DNA of 64,000 bases, from assembly GCA_019637335.1 (NCBI GenBank), contig JAHBVV010000019.1:391-64390 (forward strand). Reading direction: 5' to 3'. Source of the DNA: Candidatus Hydrogenedentota bacterium. Its GTDB lineage: Bacteria > Hydrogenedentota > Hydrogenedentia > Hydrogenedentales > JAEUWI01. The position numbers and the translations under genes are program-made. The notes under the pieces are model-generated. The model ran no database searches and was not told the DNA's origin. It saw nothing but the letters and a program-made list of their open reading frames with translations. Positions 48,617 through 58,898 of the stretch are shown piece after piece (the first letter of the stretch is position 1; each line of letters starts with the position of its first letter).

Positions 48617-49606
48617 ATGATAAAAAAAAGTACTTTTCTGACGGCCTCCCTGACCCTTCTGGCCCTTCTGGGAACCGCGTTCCCTGCGGGGGCGACCTCG
48701 ATAGGCCCGTATTCGGGCGGCGTGGGAAACCCCAACGACCCCAATCCGTTCGACGAACCGATCCCCGGCTTTGTCGGCCCCGACGGCGACGGGCGGGTAA
48801 CCAACAACAACTACGTGAATCCGGCTTTTGTGGCGTGGGCCACGGGCTACCTCGACTATCTGCCCGCGCCGGGCGTATCGGCCGGCTTTCAGACGCCGGA
48901 GCGGTTCCTCGGACCGGTAACAGGCGATAACTTCGATATCGTGTCCCTGGGCGATCTGAACCAGTCGCAGATCGACGCGTGGCTCGCCGATCCGGAGAAC
49001 AATCCCGGTCCGGGGCAGATCACGCTGACGTTCGAATCGGGCATCGGCAACGGGGCCGGGGCCGATTTCGCCATCTTCGAAAACGGTTTCTTTTCCAACT
49101 TCACCATACCGGAAACCGGTTCGGTCGAGGGCATGCTCTTCGGGGAGTTGGCCTATGTCGAAGTATCGTCCAACGGCGTCGACTTCGCGCGATTCGATTC
49201 CCACGCCCTCCAGGATTCGCCCGTCGGCGCCTACGGCAGCTTCGACCCCACGGGCTACTACAACCTGGCGGGGAAGCACGCCAATGCCTACGGCCAGAGC
49301 TGGGGCACGCCCTTCGACCTGGCGACGCTGAGCTCCCACAGCCTCGTGCTCGACGGTCGCGTCGATCTGAACAATATCGGCTATGTGCGCCTGATCGACA
49401 TTCCAGGCAGCGGGAATTTCCTGGACGCCTACGGCAATGCGATTTACGACGCCTGGGTTACCTGGGGCAGCGGCGGGGCCGATCTCGAAGCTATCGGCGT
49501 GCTGAACGCGGCCCGGTCGTCGGCGCCAGTTCCCGAGCCCGCAACCCTCACGCTGCTCGCTATGGGCGCGGCTTTCCTGGCGCGGCGGGCCCGCTCGGGG
49601 AATTAG
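48617..49606 (+). CDS. PEP-CTERM sorting domain-containing protein
   Basis: Signal peptide (MIKKSTFLTASLTLLALLGTAFPAGA). C-terminal VPEPATLTLLAMGAAFLARRARSGN (PEP motif, then a TM helix, then a basic tail). Confidence 0.8.
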   Translation: MIKKSTFLTASLTLLALLGTAFPAGATSIGPYSGGVGNPNDPNPFDEPIPGFVGPDGDGRVTNNNYVNPAFVAWATGYLDYLPAPGVSAGFQTPERFLGPVTGDNFDIVSLGDLNQSQIDAWLADPENNPGPGQITLTFESGIGNGAGADFAIFENGFFSNFTIPETGSVEGMLFGELAYVEVSSNGVDFARFDSHALQDSPVGAYGSFDPTGYYNLAGKHANAYGQSWGTPFDLATLSSHSLVLDGRVDLNNIGYVRLIDIPGSGNFLDAYGNAIYDAWVTWGSGGADLEAIGVLNAARSSAPVPEPATLTLLAMGAAFLARRARSGN

Positions 49607-49681
49607 GGGACATCCTGCAATCGGCCGCCCGCGGCGACTTTTCGTCGCGGCGGGCGGCCCTGGCACTGGAGAAAGTGAGCC

Positions 49682-50575
49682 ATGTCCGTGCGAATTTCCA
49701 ACCATACTTCCCGCCGGCGCGCCGGTTTCACCTTGGTCGAGCTGCTCGTGTCGATCGGGATCATTGCCATTCTGGCCACCTTACTCTTGCCCGCACTATC
49801 GAAGGCGAGAGGCGGCGCGCGCTCGATCCGGTGTGTAAGCAACCTGCGCCAGTTGTACCTGGCGAACACCATGTATGCGCAGGAGCACCACGGCCGCTAT
49901 GTCGCGGCCGCGCCGGACATGTTGCCCGGCGGCGAGAACGTCACGCGCTGGCACGGCGTGCGCGAGAAACTGGGGCCTTTCGGCCCCTACTCGGACTACG
50001 ATCCGCAGCGGGGGGCGCTGGCGGAGTATCTTCTGGACGGGCGCGTGAAGGAATGTCCGGAGTTCTACGAGTACCGGCGCAACGGCGAGGCCCCCAATGC
50101 TTTTGACTCCGGGGCCGGCGGCTACGGTTACAACATCGCCTATGTCGGCGGCAGCTTCCACCGCTACGACTACACGGACATTCGGGCCTATACCGAGGGG
50201 GCCATGGCGTCGCGCATCGCCGAGCCGGGCCGCACCATTATGTTTGCCGACGCCGCCATCGCGCAGGTGGGCTATATCATCGAGTATGGGGAGCTGTGGC
50301 CGCCCTATTTCGCGTCCCCCGAAAACCCGACGGGCGACCCGTCGCTGGCGCTCCACCCCAACAGGGCCGACCCCGGCATGCACTTCAGGCACAATTTCCG
50401 GGTCAACGTGCTCTGGTGTGACGGGCACATCTCCAGCGAGCGCTGGGGTTGGGCCCACAGTGTGGGAGATATTGGCTATCCGGATGCGAACAACTACCGC
50501 CACGGCCTCGGATGGTTCGGGCCGAGGGATAACCAACTTTTCTTCACGGGATATCGTTCCGGCTCTTTCCGTTGA
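49682..50575 (+). CDS. DUF1559 / H-X9-DG domain protein with prepilin-type N-terminal cleavage/methylation domain
   Basis: The N-terminal motif is [25 protein letters not shown]. The C-terminus is [13 protein letters not shown] (H-X9-DG). Confidence 0.85.
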   Translation: MSVRISNHTSRRRAGFTLVELLVSIGIIAILATLLLPALSKARGGARSIRCVSNLRQLYLANTMYAQEHHGRYVAAAPDMLPGGENVTRWHGVREKLGPFGPYSDYDPQRGALAEYLLDGRVKECPEFYEYRRNGEAPNAFDSGAGGYGYNIAYVGGSFHRYDYTDIRAYTEGAMASRIAEPGRTIMFADAAIAQVGYIIEYGELWPPYFASPENPTGDPSLALHPNRADPGMHFRHNFRVNVLWCDGHISSERWGWAHSVGDIGYPDANNYRHGLGWFGPRDNQLFFTGYRSGSFR

Positions 50576-50683
50576 CAGAAGGTGCGGGGCGGCTCTACTT
50601 CACGGGCCAGGTTAACTGCGGCAGCTCCGGCATGCTATGCTGCGCCCACGACCCAACTGGTTCTGTACGAAGGAGACCACCCG

Positions 50684-52696
50684 ATGTTTCGTATCGCCTG
50701 TCTACTCATTCTTGCCCCCGCCGTTTCCGGCCTGGCTACCGCCGCCCCCCTCGTATTCCACGTGCATCCCGAGGGGGCGGACGGCGCCCTCACCACCCTG
50801 GCCCAGGCGCGGGACGCCATCCGCGCGTCGCGAGATGCCGGCGTCCTCCCCGACGGCGCCGAAGTGCGTGTCCACGGCGGAGACTACCTCCTCAGCGAAC
50901 CGCTGACGCTGGGCGGCGAGGATTCCGGCACGGCCGACGCCCCGATCCGGTATATCGCGGATCCCGCCACCCCCGCGCGCCTGTTGGGCGGACGACTCGT
51001 ATCCGGCTTTGCGCCGGTGGCCGATCCCGCCGTGCTCGCTCGCATCGACGACGCGGCGCGCGATCACGTGCTCCAGCTCGACCTGAAGGCCCTGGGCATA
51101 ACGGACTACGGCTCCCCGAAGGGTGGCGGCCTCGAACTCTTCTTCAACGGCAAACGCATGACCCTCTCCCGCTGGCCCAACGAGGGCTTCGTGAATATCG
51201 CGGACATCGTTGTGGATGATGGCCACAAGATCCACGGCATCCCGGGCAGCCTCGTGGGGAGATTCACCTACGAAGACGAACGCCCTGCCCGCTGGCTCGA
51301 TGAGCCCGACCCCTGGCTCCACGGCTACTGGTTCTGGGACTGGTCCGACGAGCGCCAGCCTATCGCGGCCATCGACACCGAGAACAAGACCATCACCGTT
51401 CAAGAGCCCTACCACAACTACGGCTACCGCAAGGGCCAGTGGTACTACGCCTACAACCTTCTCGCCGAGTTGGACCGGCCCGGCGAGTGGTTCCTCGACC
51501 GCGAAGCCGGCCTGCTCTACTTCTGGCCGCCTTCGGACCCCACCGGCGCCGAAATCATGCTCACGCTACTCCCCAATCTCATCGTCCTCGAAGGCGCGTC
51601 CCACGTGACTTTCCAGGGCTTCACCCTCGAAGGCATGCGCAATACCGCCGCCATCGTGCGGGAGGGCGAAGGCGTGCGCCTGAACGCCCTGACGATCCGC
51701 AACGGCGGCGGCAGTGCGATCTCCGTCAGCGGCGGACGCGATCACGGCGTGCAGGCCTGCAACATCCACGGCATGGGCGCCGCCGGAATCAGCATCAGCG
51801 GGGGCGACCGTAATACGCTCGAACCCGCGGGGCATTTCGCCATCAACAACCACATCCACCACTTCGCCGAGGTCTACCGCGTCTACAACGCGGGCATACA
51901 CGTGCAGGGCGTCGGCAACCGTGTCGCGCACAACTACATCCACGACGCGCCCCACATGGCCATCGGCTTCGGCGGAAACGACCACCTCATCGAATACAAC
52001 GAAATCCACGACGTCTGCCTGGAGTCCAACGACGCCGGCGCCCTCTACACCGGCCGCAACTGGACCATGCGCGGCCATGTCATCCGCTACAACCACCTCT
52101 ACAACATCAACGGCTTCCGGGACCACGGCTCCGTCGGCGTTTACCTCGACGACATGTTCTCGTCCGCCGAAATCTATGGCAACCTCTTCCGCAATGTCTA
52201 CCGCGCGGCCTTTATCGGCGGCGGGCGCGACTGCACCGTCGAAAACAACATCTTCATCAACTGTACGAAGGCATTGCACATTGATGCGCGGGCCTTGGGC
52301 TGGGCGCACCAGCACGCGGACGACTGGATCGCGGAGGCCGCCGAAAAAGGGACCATCTCCGGAATCGCGTACAAAAAGCCGCCCTACTCCGAGCGCTACC
52401 CGAAGCTCGTCAACATCCTCGAAAACGAGCCCAAGGCCCCCGTCGGGAATCTTGTGGCGCGTAATATTTTCGTCGGCGAAGGCTGGAAGGATGTCGAGGA
52501 CAAGGCCGACCCCTACATCGAATACAAGGACAACCTGGCCGACGCCGATCCCATGTTTGTCGACCCGGAGAACGGCGATTACCGCCTCAAACCCGAGTCT
52601 CCCGCACGGGGCCTCGGCTTTGAGGAGATCCCTTTCGAGAAGATCGGCCTCTACAAGGACGATCTGCGGACTACCCTCCCAGACCGAGAAAACTAA
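50684..52696 (+). CDS. right-handed parallel beta-helix repeat protein (pectate-lyase-fold; putative polysaccharide lyase/hydrolase)
   Basis: Signal peptide (MFRIACLLILAPAVSGLATA). Multiple PbH1-like repeats (NTAAIVREGEGVRLNALTIRNGGGSAISVSGG..., NRVAHNYIHDAPHMAIGFGGNDHLIEYNEIH). Confidence 0.65.
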   Translation: MFRIACLLILAPAVSGLATAAPLVFHVHPEGADGALTTLAQARDAIRASRDAGVLPDGAEVRVHGGDYLLSEPLTLGGEDSGTADAPIRYIADPATPARLLGGRLVSGFAPVADPAVLARIDDAARDHVLQLDLKALGITDYGSPKGGGLELFFNGKRMTLSRWPNEGFVNIADIVVDDGHKIHGIPGSLVGRFTYEDERPARWLDEPDPWLHGYWFWDWSDERQPIAAIDTENKTITVQEPYHNYGYRKGQWYYAYNLLAELDRPGEWFLDREAGLLYFWPPSDPTGAEIMLTLLPNLIVLEGASHVTFQGFTLEGMRNTAAIVREGEGVRLNALTIRNGGGSAISVSGGRDHGVQACNIHGMGAAGISISGGDRNTLEPAGHFAINNHIHHFAEVYRVYNAGIHVQGVGNRVAHNYIHDAPHMAIGFGGNDHLIEYNEIHDVCLESNDAGALYTGRNWTMRGHVIRYNHLYNINGFRDHGSVGVYLDDMFSSAEIYGNLFRNVYRAAFIGGGRDCTVENNIFINCTKALHIDARALGWAHQHADDWIAEAAEKGTISGIAYKKPPYSERYPKLVNILENEPKAPVGNLVARNIFVGEGWKDVEDKADPYIEYKDNLADADPMFVDPENGDYRLKPESPARGLGFEEIPFEKIGLYKDDLRTTLPDREN

Positions 52697-52720
52697 ACCC
52701 GGATCGAAAGGGCGCATGGC

Positions 52721-52969
52721 TTGGATTATCGTCTGACACGCCACGCAGCGGATATGCTGGAGAAGCGCGAAATCGCGGTCGCGTGGGTGGAGCGGGTCCT
52801 GCGTGAGCCCGAGAGGACAGAAACGGATTCCGCCGATCCCACTCTGGAGCACCACCTCGGCCGCATCGCCGATTTTGATAACCGTGTACTTCGTGTTATT
52901 GTTAGGCCAAGTGGTGGATACCTGCTCGTTGTGACCGCATACTTTGATCGAAGGAGCACCCGGTCGTGA
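52721..52969 (+). CDS. DUF4258 domain protein (putative toxin component)
   Basis: (L)DYRLTRHAADMLEKREIAVAWVERVL matches the DUF4258 N-terminal motif. TTG start. Overlaps the downstream gene by 4 nt. Confidence 0.55.
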   Translation: MDYRLTRHAADMLEKREIAVAWVERVLREPERTETDSADPTLEHHLGRIADFDNRVLRVIVRPSGGYLLVVTAYFDRRSTRS

Positions 52970-53178
52970 AGCTTACGATTGACCACGAGGCAGATGCGTT
53001 GTATCTGAGCCTCAGCGAGGCCGCGGCGGCGACCTCCCAAGAGGTCGCGCCCGGCATTGTTGTGGATTTCGATGCGGCGGGCCATGCCGTGGGCATTGAG
53101 ATGCTGCATCTGTCGCGGTGCGCGCCCGACGCGGATATTCAGCGGCTGCTTTTCGAGCGCATCCCGCTGGCGGGTTAG
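52966..53178 (+). CDS. DUF2283 domain protein (putative antitoxin partner)
   Basis: MKLTIDHEADALYLSLSE...GIVVDFDAAGHAVGIEMLHLS matches the DUF2283 consensus. Confidence 0.6.
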   Translation: MKLTIDHEADALYLSLSEAAAATSQEVAPGIVVDFDAAGHAVGIEMLHLSRCAPDADIQRLLFERIPLAG

Positions 53179-53239
53179 GTCCGCCACCTTCTGGTTCCTA
53201 TCCCGCTAATAGTTTCTACAATACTCCCGCAGCATACCC

Positions 53240-53719
53240 ATGTTCGATTCCCCCCACATCTACATCGACGCCGACGGCTGCCCCGTCAAGGACGAAACCT
53301 ACCGGGTCGCGCGCCGCTACGGCCTCGGCGTGACCCTCGTCGCCAACAAGTGGATGCACACCCCGGACGACCCCGCCATCCACCTCGAAATCGTGGGCCA
53401 GGGATTCGACGAGGCGGACGACTGGATTGCCGATCGCTGTGCCCCGGATGATATTGTTATCGCTATCGACATCCCTCTGGCCGACCGCTGCCTGAAAAAG
53501 GGCGCGCGGGTGCTCGGCCACAAGGGGAAGCCGTTCAGCGTTGAATCCATCGGCGAGGTCATGGCCAACCGCGAAATCGCCTCGGGCCTGCGCGAGTATG
53601 GCGTCATGACCGGCGGCCCGGCGCCCTTTGGCCCGCAGGACCGCTCCCGCTTCCTGCAGGCCCTCGACCGTGAAGTAAACGCCGCGCTGCGAAGCGCCAA
53701 GGAGAGAAAAAGCCCATGA
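53240..53719 (+). CDS. YaiI/YqgE family protein (UPF0178/DUF188)
   Basis: HIYIDADGCPVKDETYRVARRYGLGVTLVAN. Confidence 0.7.
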   Translation: MFDSPHIYIDADGCPVKDETYRVARRYGLGVTLVANKWMHTPDDPAIHLEIVGQGFDEADDWIADRCAPDDIVIAIDIPLADRCLKKGARVLGHKGKPFSVESIGEVMANREIASGLREYGVMTGGPAPFGPQDRSRFLQALDREVNAALRSAKERKSP

Positions 53720-55266
53720 AGTTTGCCGTATCCATCGCCCTGGCCCTGTTCCTATCGCTTCCCGCCACCGCACAGACCGTCTACGACGTCGTCGTCTACG
53801 GCGGAACCTCCGGTGGCGTCGCCGCCGCCGTCCAGACCGCGCGCATGGGCAAGACCGCCATCCTCATTGAGCCCAGCCCCCACCTCGGCGGCCTGAGCAG
53901 CGGCGGTCTGGGCGCCACGGACATCGGCAACAAGGCGGCCATCGGCGGAATCTCGCGCGAGTTCTACAAGCGCCTCGGCAAGCACTACGGGAACGAGGAA
54001 AACTGGACCTTCGAGCCGCACGTCGCCGAGAAAACATTCAACGAAATGATCGCCGAAGCCGGCGTGCCCGTGGTCCACGGCGAGCGCCTCGATCTGGAGA
54101 AGGGCGTCGAAAAGAAAAACGGCGCCATCGTTTCGATACGGATGGAAAGCGGCAAACAATACCACGGTAAAACCTTCATCGACGCCACCTACGAAGGCGA
54201 CCTCATGGCCCTGGCCGGCGTCCCCTACCACGTCGGCCGCGAATCAAACGCCACCTACGGCGAAACCCTCAACGGCGTGCAGACCAAACACGCGATCTAC
54301 CACCAGTTCGAGGTCCCCATCGATCCCTACGTCGTCCCCGGCGACCCGTCCAGCGGCCTGCTGCCCTACGTGCAGGCGGAAGTCCCACCGGCGGACGGGA
54401 CCGGCGACCACCGCGTCCAGGCCTACTGCTTCCGCATGTGCCTCACCAACGACCCCGACAACCGCATGCCCTTCCCCAAGCCGGTCAACTACGACCCGCT
54501 GAACTACGAACTGCTCCTCCGCTACCTCCACGCCGGCCATTGGACCGTCATGAACCTCTCCAAGGACATGCCGAACATGAAGACCGACACCAACAACAAG
54601 GGCGCCTTCGCGACGGACTTCATCGGCGGGAATTACGACTACCCCAACGGCGACTACGCCACGCGCGAACGCATCATCCAGGAGCACAAGGACTACCAGC
54701 AGGGACTCATGTGGTTCCTCGTGAACGACCCGCGCGTCCCCGAACACGTCCGCAAGGAAATGTCCCAGTGGGGCCTCCCGAAGGACGAATTCCAGGACTA
54801 CGGCGGCTGGCCCCACCAGCTCTACATCCGCGAGGCCCGGCGCATGATCTCCGACTACGTCATGACCGATCACAATTGCTTCGGCGATCGGACCGTCGAA
54901 GATTCCATAAGCCTGGCGGCCTATACCATGGACTCCCACCACGTGCAGCGCTATGTCAAGGACGGACGCGTCCTTAACGAAGGGGACGTGGAAGTCGGCG
55001 GCTTCCCGCCCTACCCCATCGCCTACCGCTCCATCCGCCCGATGAAGCAGGACTGCACCAACCTCCTCGTGCCCGTGGCCCTGTCCGCTTCCCACATGGC
55101 CTACGGCTCCATCCGCATGGAACCCGTCTTCATGATCCTCGGCCAATCCGCCGCCACCGCCGCTGTTCACGCCATCGAGGCCGGCGTCGCCGTGCAGGAC
55201 ATCGACGTGAAGAATCTACAGGAGCGCCTGCTGGCGGACGGACAAGTTCTCGCCTGGAACCCGTGA
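53716..55266 (+). CDS. FAD-dependent oxidoreductase (FAD_oxidored family, secreted)
   Basis: Signal peptide. Rossmann GxGxxG motif (YDVVVYGGTSGGVAAAV). Family pattern GGLSSGGLGATDIG. Confidence 0.7.
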   Translation: MKFAVSIALALFLSLPATAQTVYDVVVYGGTSGGVAAAVQTARMGKTAILIEPSPHLGGLSSGGLGATDIGNKAAIGGISREFYKRLGKHYGNEENWTFEPHVAEKTFNEMIAEAGVPVVHGERLDLEKGVEKKNGAIVSIRMESGKQYHGKTFIDATYEGDLMALAGVPYHVGRESNATYGETLNGVQTKHAIYHQFEVPIDPYVVPGDPSSGLLPYVQAEVPPADGTGDHRVQAYCFRMCLTNDPDNRMPFPKPVNYDPLNYELLLRYLHAGHWTVMNLSKDMPNMKTDTNNKGAFATDFIGGNYDYPNGDYATRERIIQEHKDYQQGLMWFLVNDPRVPEHVRKEMSQWGLPKDEFQDYGGWPHQLYIREARRMISDYVMTDHNCFGDRTVEDSISLAAYTMDSHHVQRYVKDGRVLNEGDVEVGGFPPYPIAYRSIRPMKQDCTNLLVPVALSASHMAYGSIRMEPVFMILGQSAATAAVHAIEAGVAVQDIDVKNLQERLLADGQVLAWNP

Positions 55267-55269
55267 GGG

Positions 55270-55700
55270 GACTGCCAAGGGGTCTGCCTCCCGCGACAAG
55301 TTACACCCCAGCCGCGAAAGCGTCCAAGCCTACCCCCAGCTCGCGGGTGGCTGCTCCGAAAAAACACAGGCGGGACGCCTGTGCCACATTCCCTCAAAGG
55401 TACTCTTGAGAACCAAGGTGAAGCGCGCAAAGAACGTGGCACAGCCGTCCCGGCTGTGTACCGGTTGCAACGCAACCGGCTTTTATCCTTAACGAGTGAC
55501 GCAACGCGTCATGATAGGCCGTAGCAGCCAATCCCGAGGGCATTGCCTCCCGCAAAAAGATCCACCCCAGCCGCGAAAGCGCCCAAGCCTACCTCCAGCT
55601 CGCGGGTGGCTGCACCCGTGAGGCACAATGTTATAAAGGGCGCGTTTTGGATCGTTGGCATTTCGCCTACGGCGAATCCCGGACCGTGCCGGCACAGATG
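55270..55700 (-). repeat. reverse-orientation copies of the GT-rich modular repeat family (two sub-copies at 55270-55355 and 55540-55625, plus the TGACGCGTTGCGTCA hairpin unit at 55490-55512)
   Basis: The reverse complement is GCCACCCGCGAGCTGG(G/A)GGTAGGCTTGG(A/G)CGCTTTCGCGGCTGGGGTG...TTGTCGCGGGAGGCAGACCCCTTGGCAGTCCCC, which parallels the plus-strand units at 3420-3500 and elsewhere. Confidence 0.7.
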
Positions 55701-55877
55701 CCGGCGCTCCAAAACGCTCACTATCGTTGATTCAAGGTTCCAAATCGACTCAAGTTTACGCCCATATACCGAGATCGAGTTTAAATGCGATTGCCCTGGC
55801 CAGCCAGCCAGTTGACAGCCACGCCGCGTTCGCGTATGCTGGCGGCGGTCAATCAAGCTATCATGGGAGAGCATACT

Positions 55878-57197
55878 ATGCGCAGTTTTCGCCGATTGGC
55901 GTCCCTCGCCACCCTCATCACCGTCTTCGCCGCGCCCGGCGCCCTCGCCGACAGCCCCTACACCGACGGCGTCGCACGCAGCGGACTCAACCACACGGAC
56001 CCGCGCTACCAGCGCGCCATGATCACGCCGACACTAGTCCATCTCGACCCGGGTGAACAGCAGAAATTCGTCGCGGTGATGTTGGCGACCCGGCTCATGG
56101 CCGCCGAGGTGCCGGAAAAAGTGATCTGGTCGGTGAACGACATCCCCGGCGGCAATGAGATCATCGGGACCATCGACGAGAAGGGCGTCTACACCGCGCC
56201 GGCCGCCATGCCCTCCCCCCGCGAGATCCACATCGTCGCCGAAGTGCCCCAGGCGGCCAACCGCTTCCTCTTCGCCACGGTCATCATCGGCGACGCGCCG
56301 ATCCAATACAAATCCGTGCACGTCTGGTCCGAGAAGCGCAGCGGCGAAGGCGCGCACCTCGCCACGCCCCACGGCATCGGCCTGGACAAAGAAGAAAACA
56401 TACTCATCGCGGACACGGGGAATTCCTCGGTTCACCGCTTTTCACAGACCGGCGAGTACCTGGGCGGCATCGGTCTCGGCCGCGGACGGGACGACGGCTA
56501 CCTTACAGAGCCCCGGGAAGTAATCAGCGATGTCGAGGGCCGCATCATCGTCACGGACAGCAAGGGCGATCGCCCGCGCGTCCAGGTCTTCTCCAACGAC
56601 GGCGAGTTTCTCCAGATATTCGGCGAGAAAGGGAAGCTTCCGGGCATGCTGCTGCGCGCGCACGGCATGGGCTTTGATCCCGCCCGCAACCTCTACATCG
56701 TCGATGTCGACAACATGCGCGTGAGCGTGTACGACCAATTCGGAAAGTCCATTCGCGACTGGGGCACGGAAGGCCTCCTGCCGGGCGAGTTTAACGCGCC
56801 CCACGGCCTCTTCGTCGATCGCAGCGGCGACGTCTTCGTCACCGGCTACTACGGCCCGACCCAGAAGTTCAACGGGCACGGCGAATTCGTGACCGTCTTT
56901 GCGCACGGAACCCCGCCCGACGGCCCGAGCTACTTCCACAGCGTCGCCGGCGATCGGTGGGGCAACGCCTACGTCTCCGTACGCAACAAGGGCGGGTATG
57001 ACGGCGCCATCCAGCGCGGCGACGAAGGCTACTACAGCATCATGAAATACAACAACAATGGGGATTTCATCTGCGGCTGGTCCTACACCGCCAAGGAACA
57101 CTCGGAATCCGCCGTGGCCATCGCCAAAGACGGCCGGGTCTTCTGCCTCTTCAACGGCCCCGACATCTCCGGCGTGGAAACCTTCGCCCAGGAGTAG
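55878..57197 (+). CDS. NHL repeat-containing protein (secreted 6-bladed beta-propeller)
   Basis: Signal peptide (MRSFRRLASLATLITVFAAPGALA). NHL repeats (ENILIADTGNSSVHRF, GRIIVTDSKGDRPRVQVF, NLYIVDVDNMRVSVY, GDVFVTGYY). Confidence 0.7.
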   Translation: MRSFRRLASLATLITVFAAPGALADSPYTDGVARSGLNHTDPRYQRAMITPTLVHLDPGEQQKFVAVMLATRLMAAEVPEKVIWSVNDIPGGNEIIGTIDEKGVYTAPAAMPSPREIHIVAEVPQAANRFLFATVIIGDAPIQYKSVHVWSEKRSGEGAHLATPHGIGLDKEENILIADTGNSSVHRFSQTGEYLGGIGLGRGRDDGYLTEPREVISDVEGRIIVTDSKGDRPRVQVFSNDGEFLQIFGEKGKLPGMLLRAHGMGFDPARNLYIVDVDNMRVSVYDQFGKSIRDWGTEGLLPGEFNAPHGLFVDRSGDVFVTGYYGPTQKFNGHGEFVTVFAHGTPPDGPSYFHSVAGDRWGNAYVSVRNKGGYDGAIQRGDEGYYSIMKYNNNGDFICGWSYTAKEHSESAVAIAKDGRVFCLFNGPDISGVETFAQE

Positions 57198-57204
57198 GAG
57201 CGAG

Positions 57205-57226
57205 GGCCGCCCGCGCGGCCGGCGAG
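57205..57226. terminator. putative bidirectional terminator hairpin between convergent NHL and gpsA genes
   Basis: GGGCCGCCCGCGCGGCCGGC (GGCCGC/GCGGCC stem). Confidence 0.4.
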
Positions 57227-57258
57227 ACGCCTTTCCCATTCCGTTTGGTTCGCGCAGC

Positions 57259-58230
57259 CTATTCGGGTTTGGCGTCCCGCGCCATGAGGGCCTCTATCGC
57301 GTCTCCGGGAGAAAGCCCCTCGAAAAGCACCTGGCCGACGGCCTCGGCGAGCGGCATGTCCACGTTCATCCGGGCCGCCAGGGCGCGGGCGGATCGCGCG
57401 GTGCGAACGCCCTCCGCGACCATCGGGCTGCTGGCCAGAATTTCTTCCAGGGAGCGCCCTTGCGCGATGGCTTCCCCGACGCCGCGGTTGCGCGAGTGGC
57501 GGCTCGTGCACGTCGTGATGAGGTCGCCCATGCCGCTGAGCCCGGCGAAGGTGAGCGGGTCCGCGCCGCATGCGACCCCCAGCCGCGCCATTTCCGCAAG
57601 CCCCCGGGTGATCAGCGCGGATTTGGCGTTGTCGCCGAGGCCAAGCCCGTCGCATACGCCCGCCGCGATCGCAACCACGTTCTTGAGCGATCCCCCGAGC
57701 TCGACTCCAACGATATCCGGGCTGGTGTAAACCCGGAACGCGCGGCTGAAGAACGCCGCCTGGACCGCGTTGCGCGCGGGCTCGTCCGAAGAGGCGGCGA
57801 CGACGGATGCGGGCAGGCCGCGGCCGACCTCTTCGGCGTGGCTGGGTCCCGAAAGCGCGACGATGGGGCCTCCTGGGACAACGGCGCCGAGCACTTCGCT
57901 CATGCGCAACAGGGAGTCGTTCTCGATGCCCTTGGCCACACTGACGCGAATCGGATTGCCCTGAAAACGAAATTGGGGCGCCACGGCGCGCATGGCGTGG
58001 GAAGGGACGGCGTAGACCACCATCTCCGCCCCGGCATCGACATCCGGGGAAACCACGACGTTGTCCGGCAGGAGCACGCCCGGGAGATAGCGCTTGCTTT
58101 CGCGCGTCTCCCGAAGGGTATCGGGATCGTCATCCGGGCGGCACCAGAGGGTCACCGCCTGGCCGTTCAGCGCCAGCAGGCGGGTCAGGGCAAGCCCCCA
58201 GCTTCCACCGCCAATCACTTGTATCTGCAT
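57259..58230 (-). CDS. gpsA: NAD(P)H-dependent glycerol-3-phosphate dehydrogenase
   Basis: MQIQVIGGGSWGLALTRLLA (the GxGxxG motif), the GSLKNVVAIAAG motif and full-length similarity. Confidence 0.9.
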   Translation of the reverse strand: MQIQVIGGGSWGLALTRLLALNGQAVTLWCRPDDDPDTLRETRESKRYLPGVLLPDNVVVSPDVDAGAEMVVYAVPSHAMRAVAPQFRFQGNPIRVSVAKGIENDSLLRMSEVLGAVVPGGPIVALSGPSHAEEVGRGLPASVVAASSDEPARNAVQAAFFSRAFRVYTSPDIVGVELGGSLKNVVAIAAGVCDGLGLGDNAKSALITRGLAEMARLGVACGADPLTFAGLSGMGDLITTCTSRHSRNRGVGEAIAQGRSLEEILASSPMVAEGVRTARSARALAARMNVDMPLAEAVGQVLFEGLSPGDAIEALMARDAKPE

Positions 58231-58324
58231 CCGTAAAGGGTATCCCGGTAGGTTGTGGTCGCGCCGCGCCGCGCCGCGCGTAACGTAGCAGAGGGGCGCG
58301 CCATGCCGCAAGGCGCCCCGCGGT

Positions 58325-58700
58325 GAATAAAAACGCCCGCCGAGGGGGGCACCTCGACGGGCTGCGGCAGGTAGGCTCTATTTGTTTGGCAGGGGGCTTG
58401 CCAAATGAGGGAGCTGAGACTCCGAAGAGTCATTCAACTGAGCGAGCCTACGCCCGTAGTATGCACCAATTGGGGGGGGGATGTAAAGAAAAAAATTCGC
58501 CCGCCCTGGAATTTTCCGGATGCAAACGCCGGACCATCGTGATATACTGCTCGACCGCGTTTCGGGGACAAAAAAGGAAGCGCCCGCCGAGGGGGGCACC
58601 TCGGCGGGCTGCGGCAGGTAGGCTCTTTTGTTTGGCAGGGGGCTTGCCAAAGTGAGGGAGCTGTGACTCCGAGGAGTCATTCAACTGATCGAGCCTACAA
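58325..58700 (+). repeat. two direct copies (58325-58450 and 58575-58700) of a ~125-nt element carrying two strong hairpins (GCCCGCCGAGGGGGGCACCTCGGCGGGC and TTGGCAGGGGGCTTGCCAA). This is a candidate small-RNA or REP-like element
   Basis: The copies are about 90% identical and separated by ~125 nt. They sit in the 670-nt gpsA / response-regulator divergent intergenic region. Confidence 0.6.
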
Positions 58701-58898
58701 TCAATACAGTAGCAAAAAATTATGAAGAAAGTATAACAAAAAGTGCTCGATTATATGAAGAATTCCAACTTTGATACAGTTTTTGGTGTATTTCCGACGG
58801 AAGCTGCGTCATAATTGTCGAAAAACGGGATGCAATGGCATCCCGGAGCCCCAACCACGATTGCCCTGTGACCCGCGCACAGGCAGGGAGAGCCGGGG

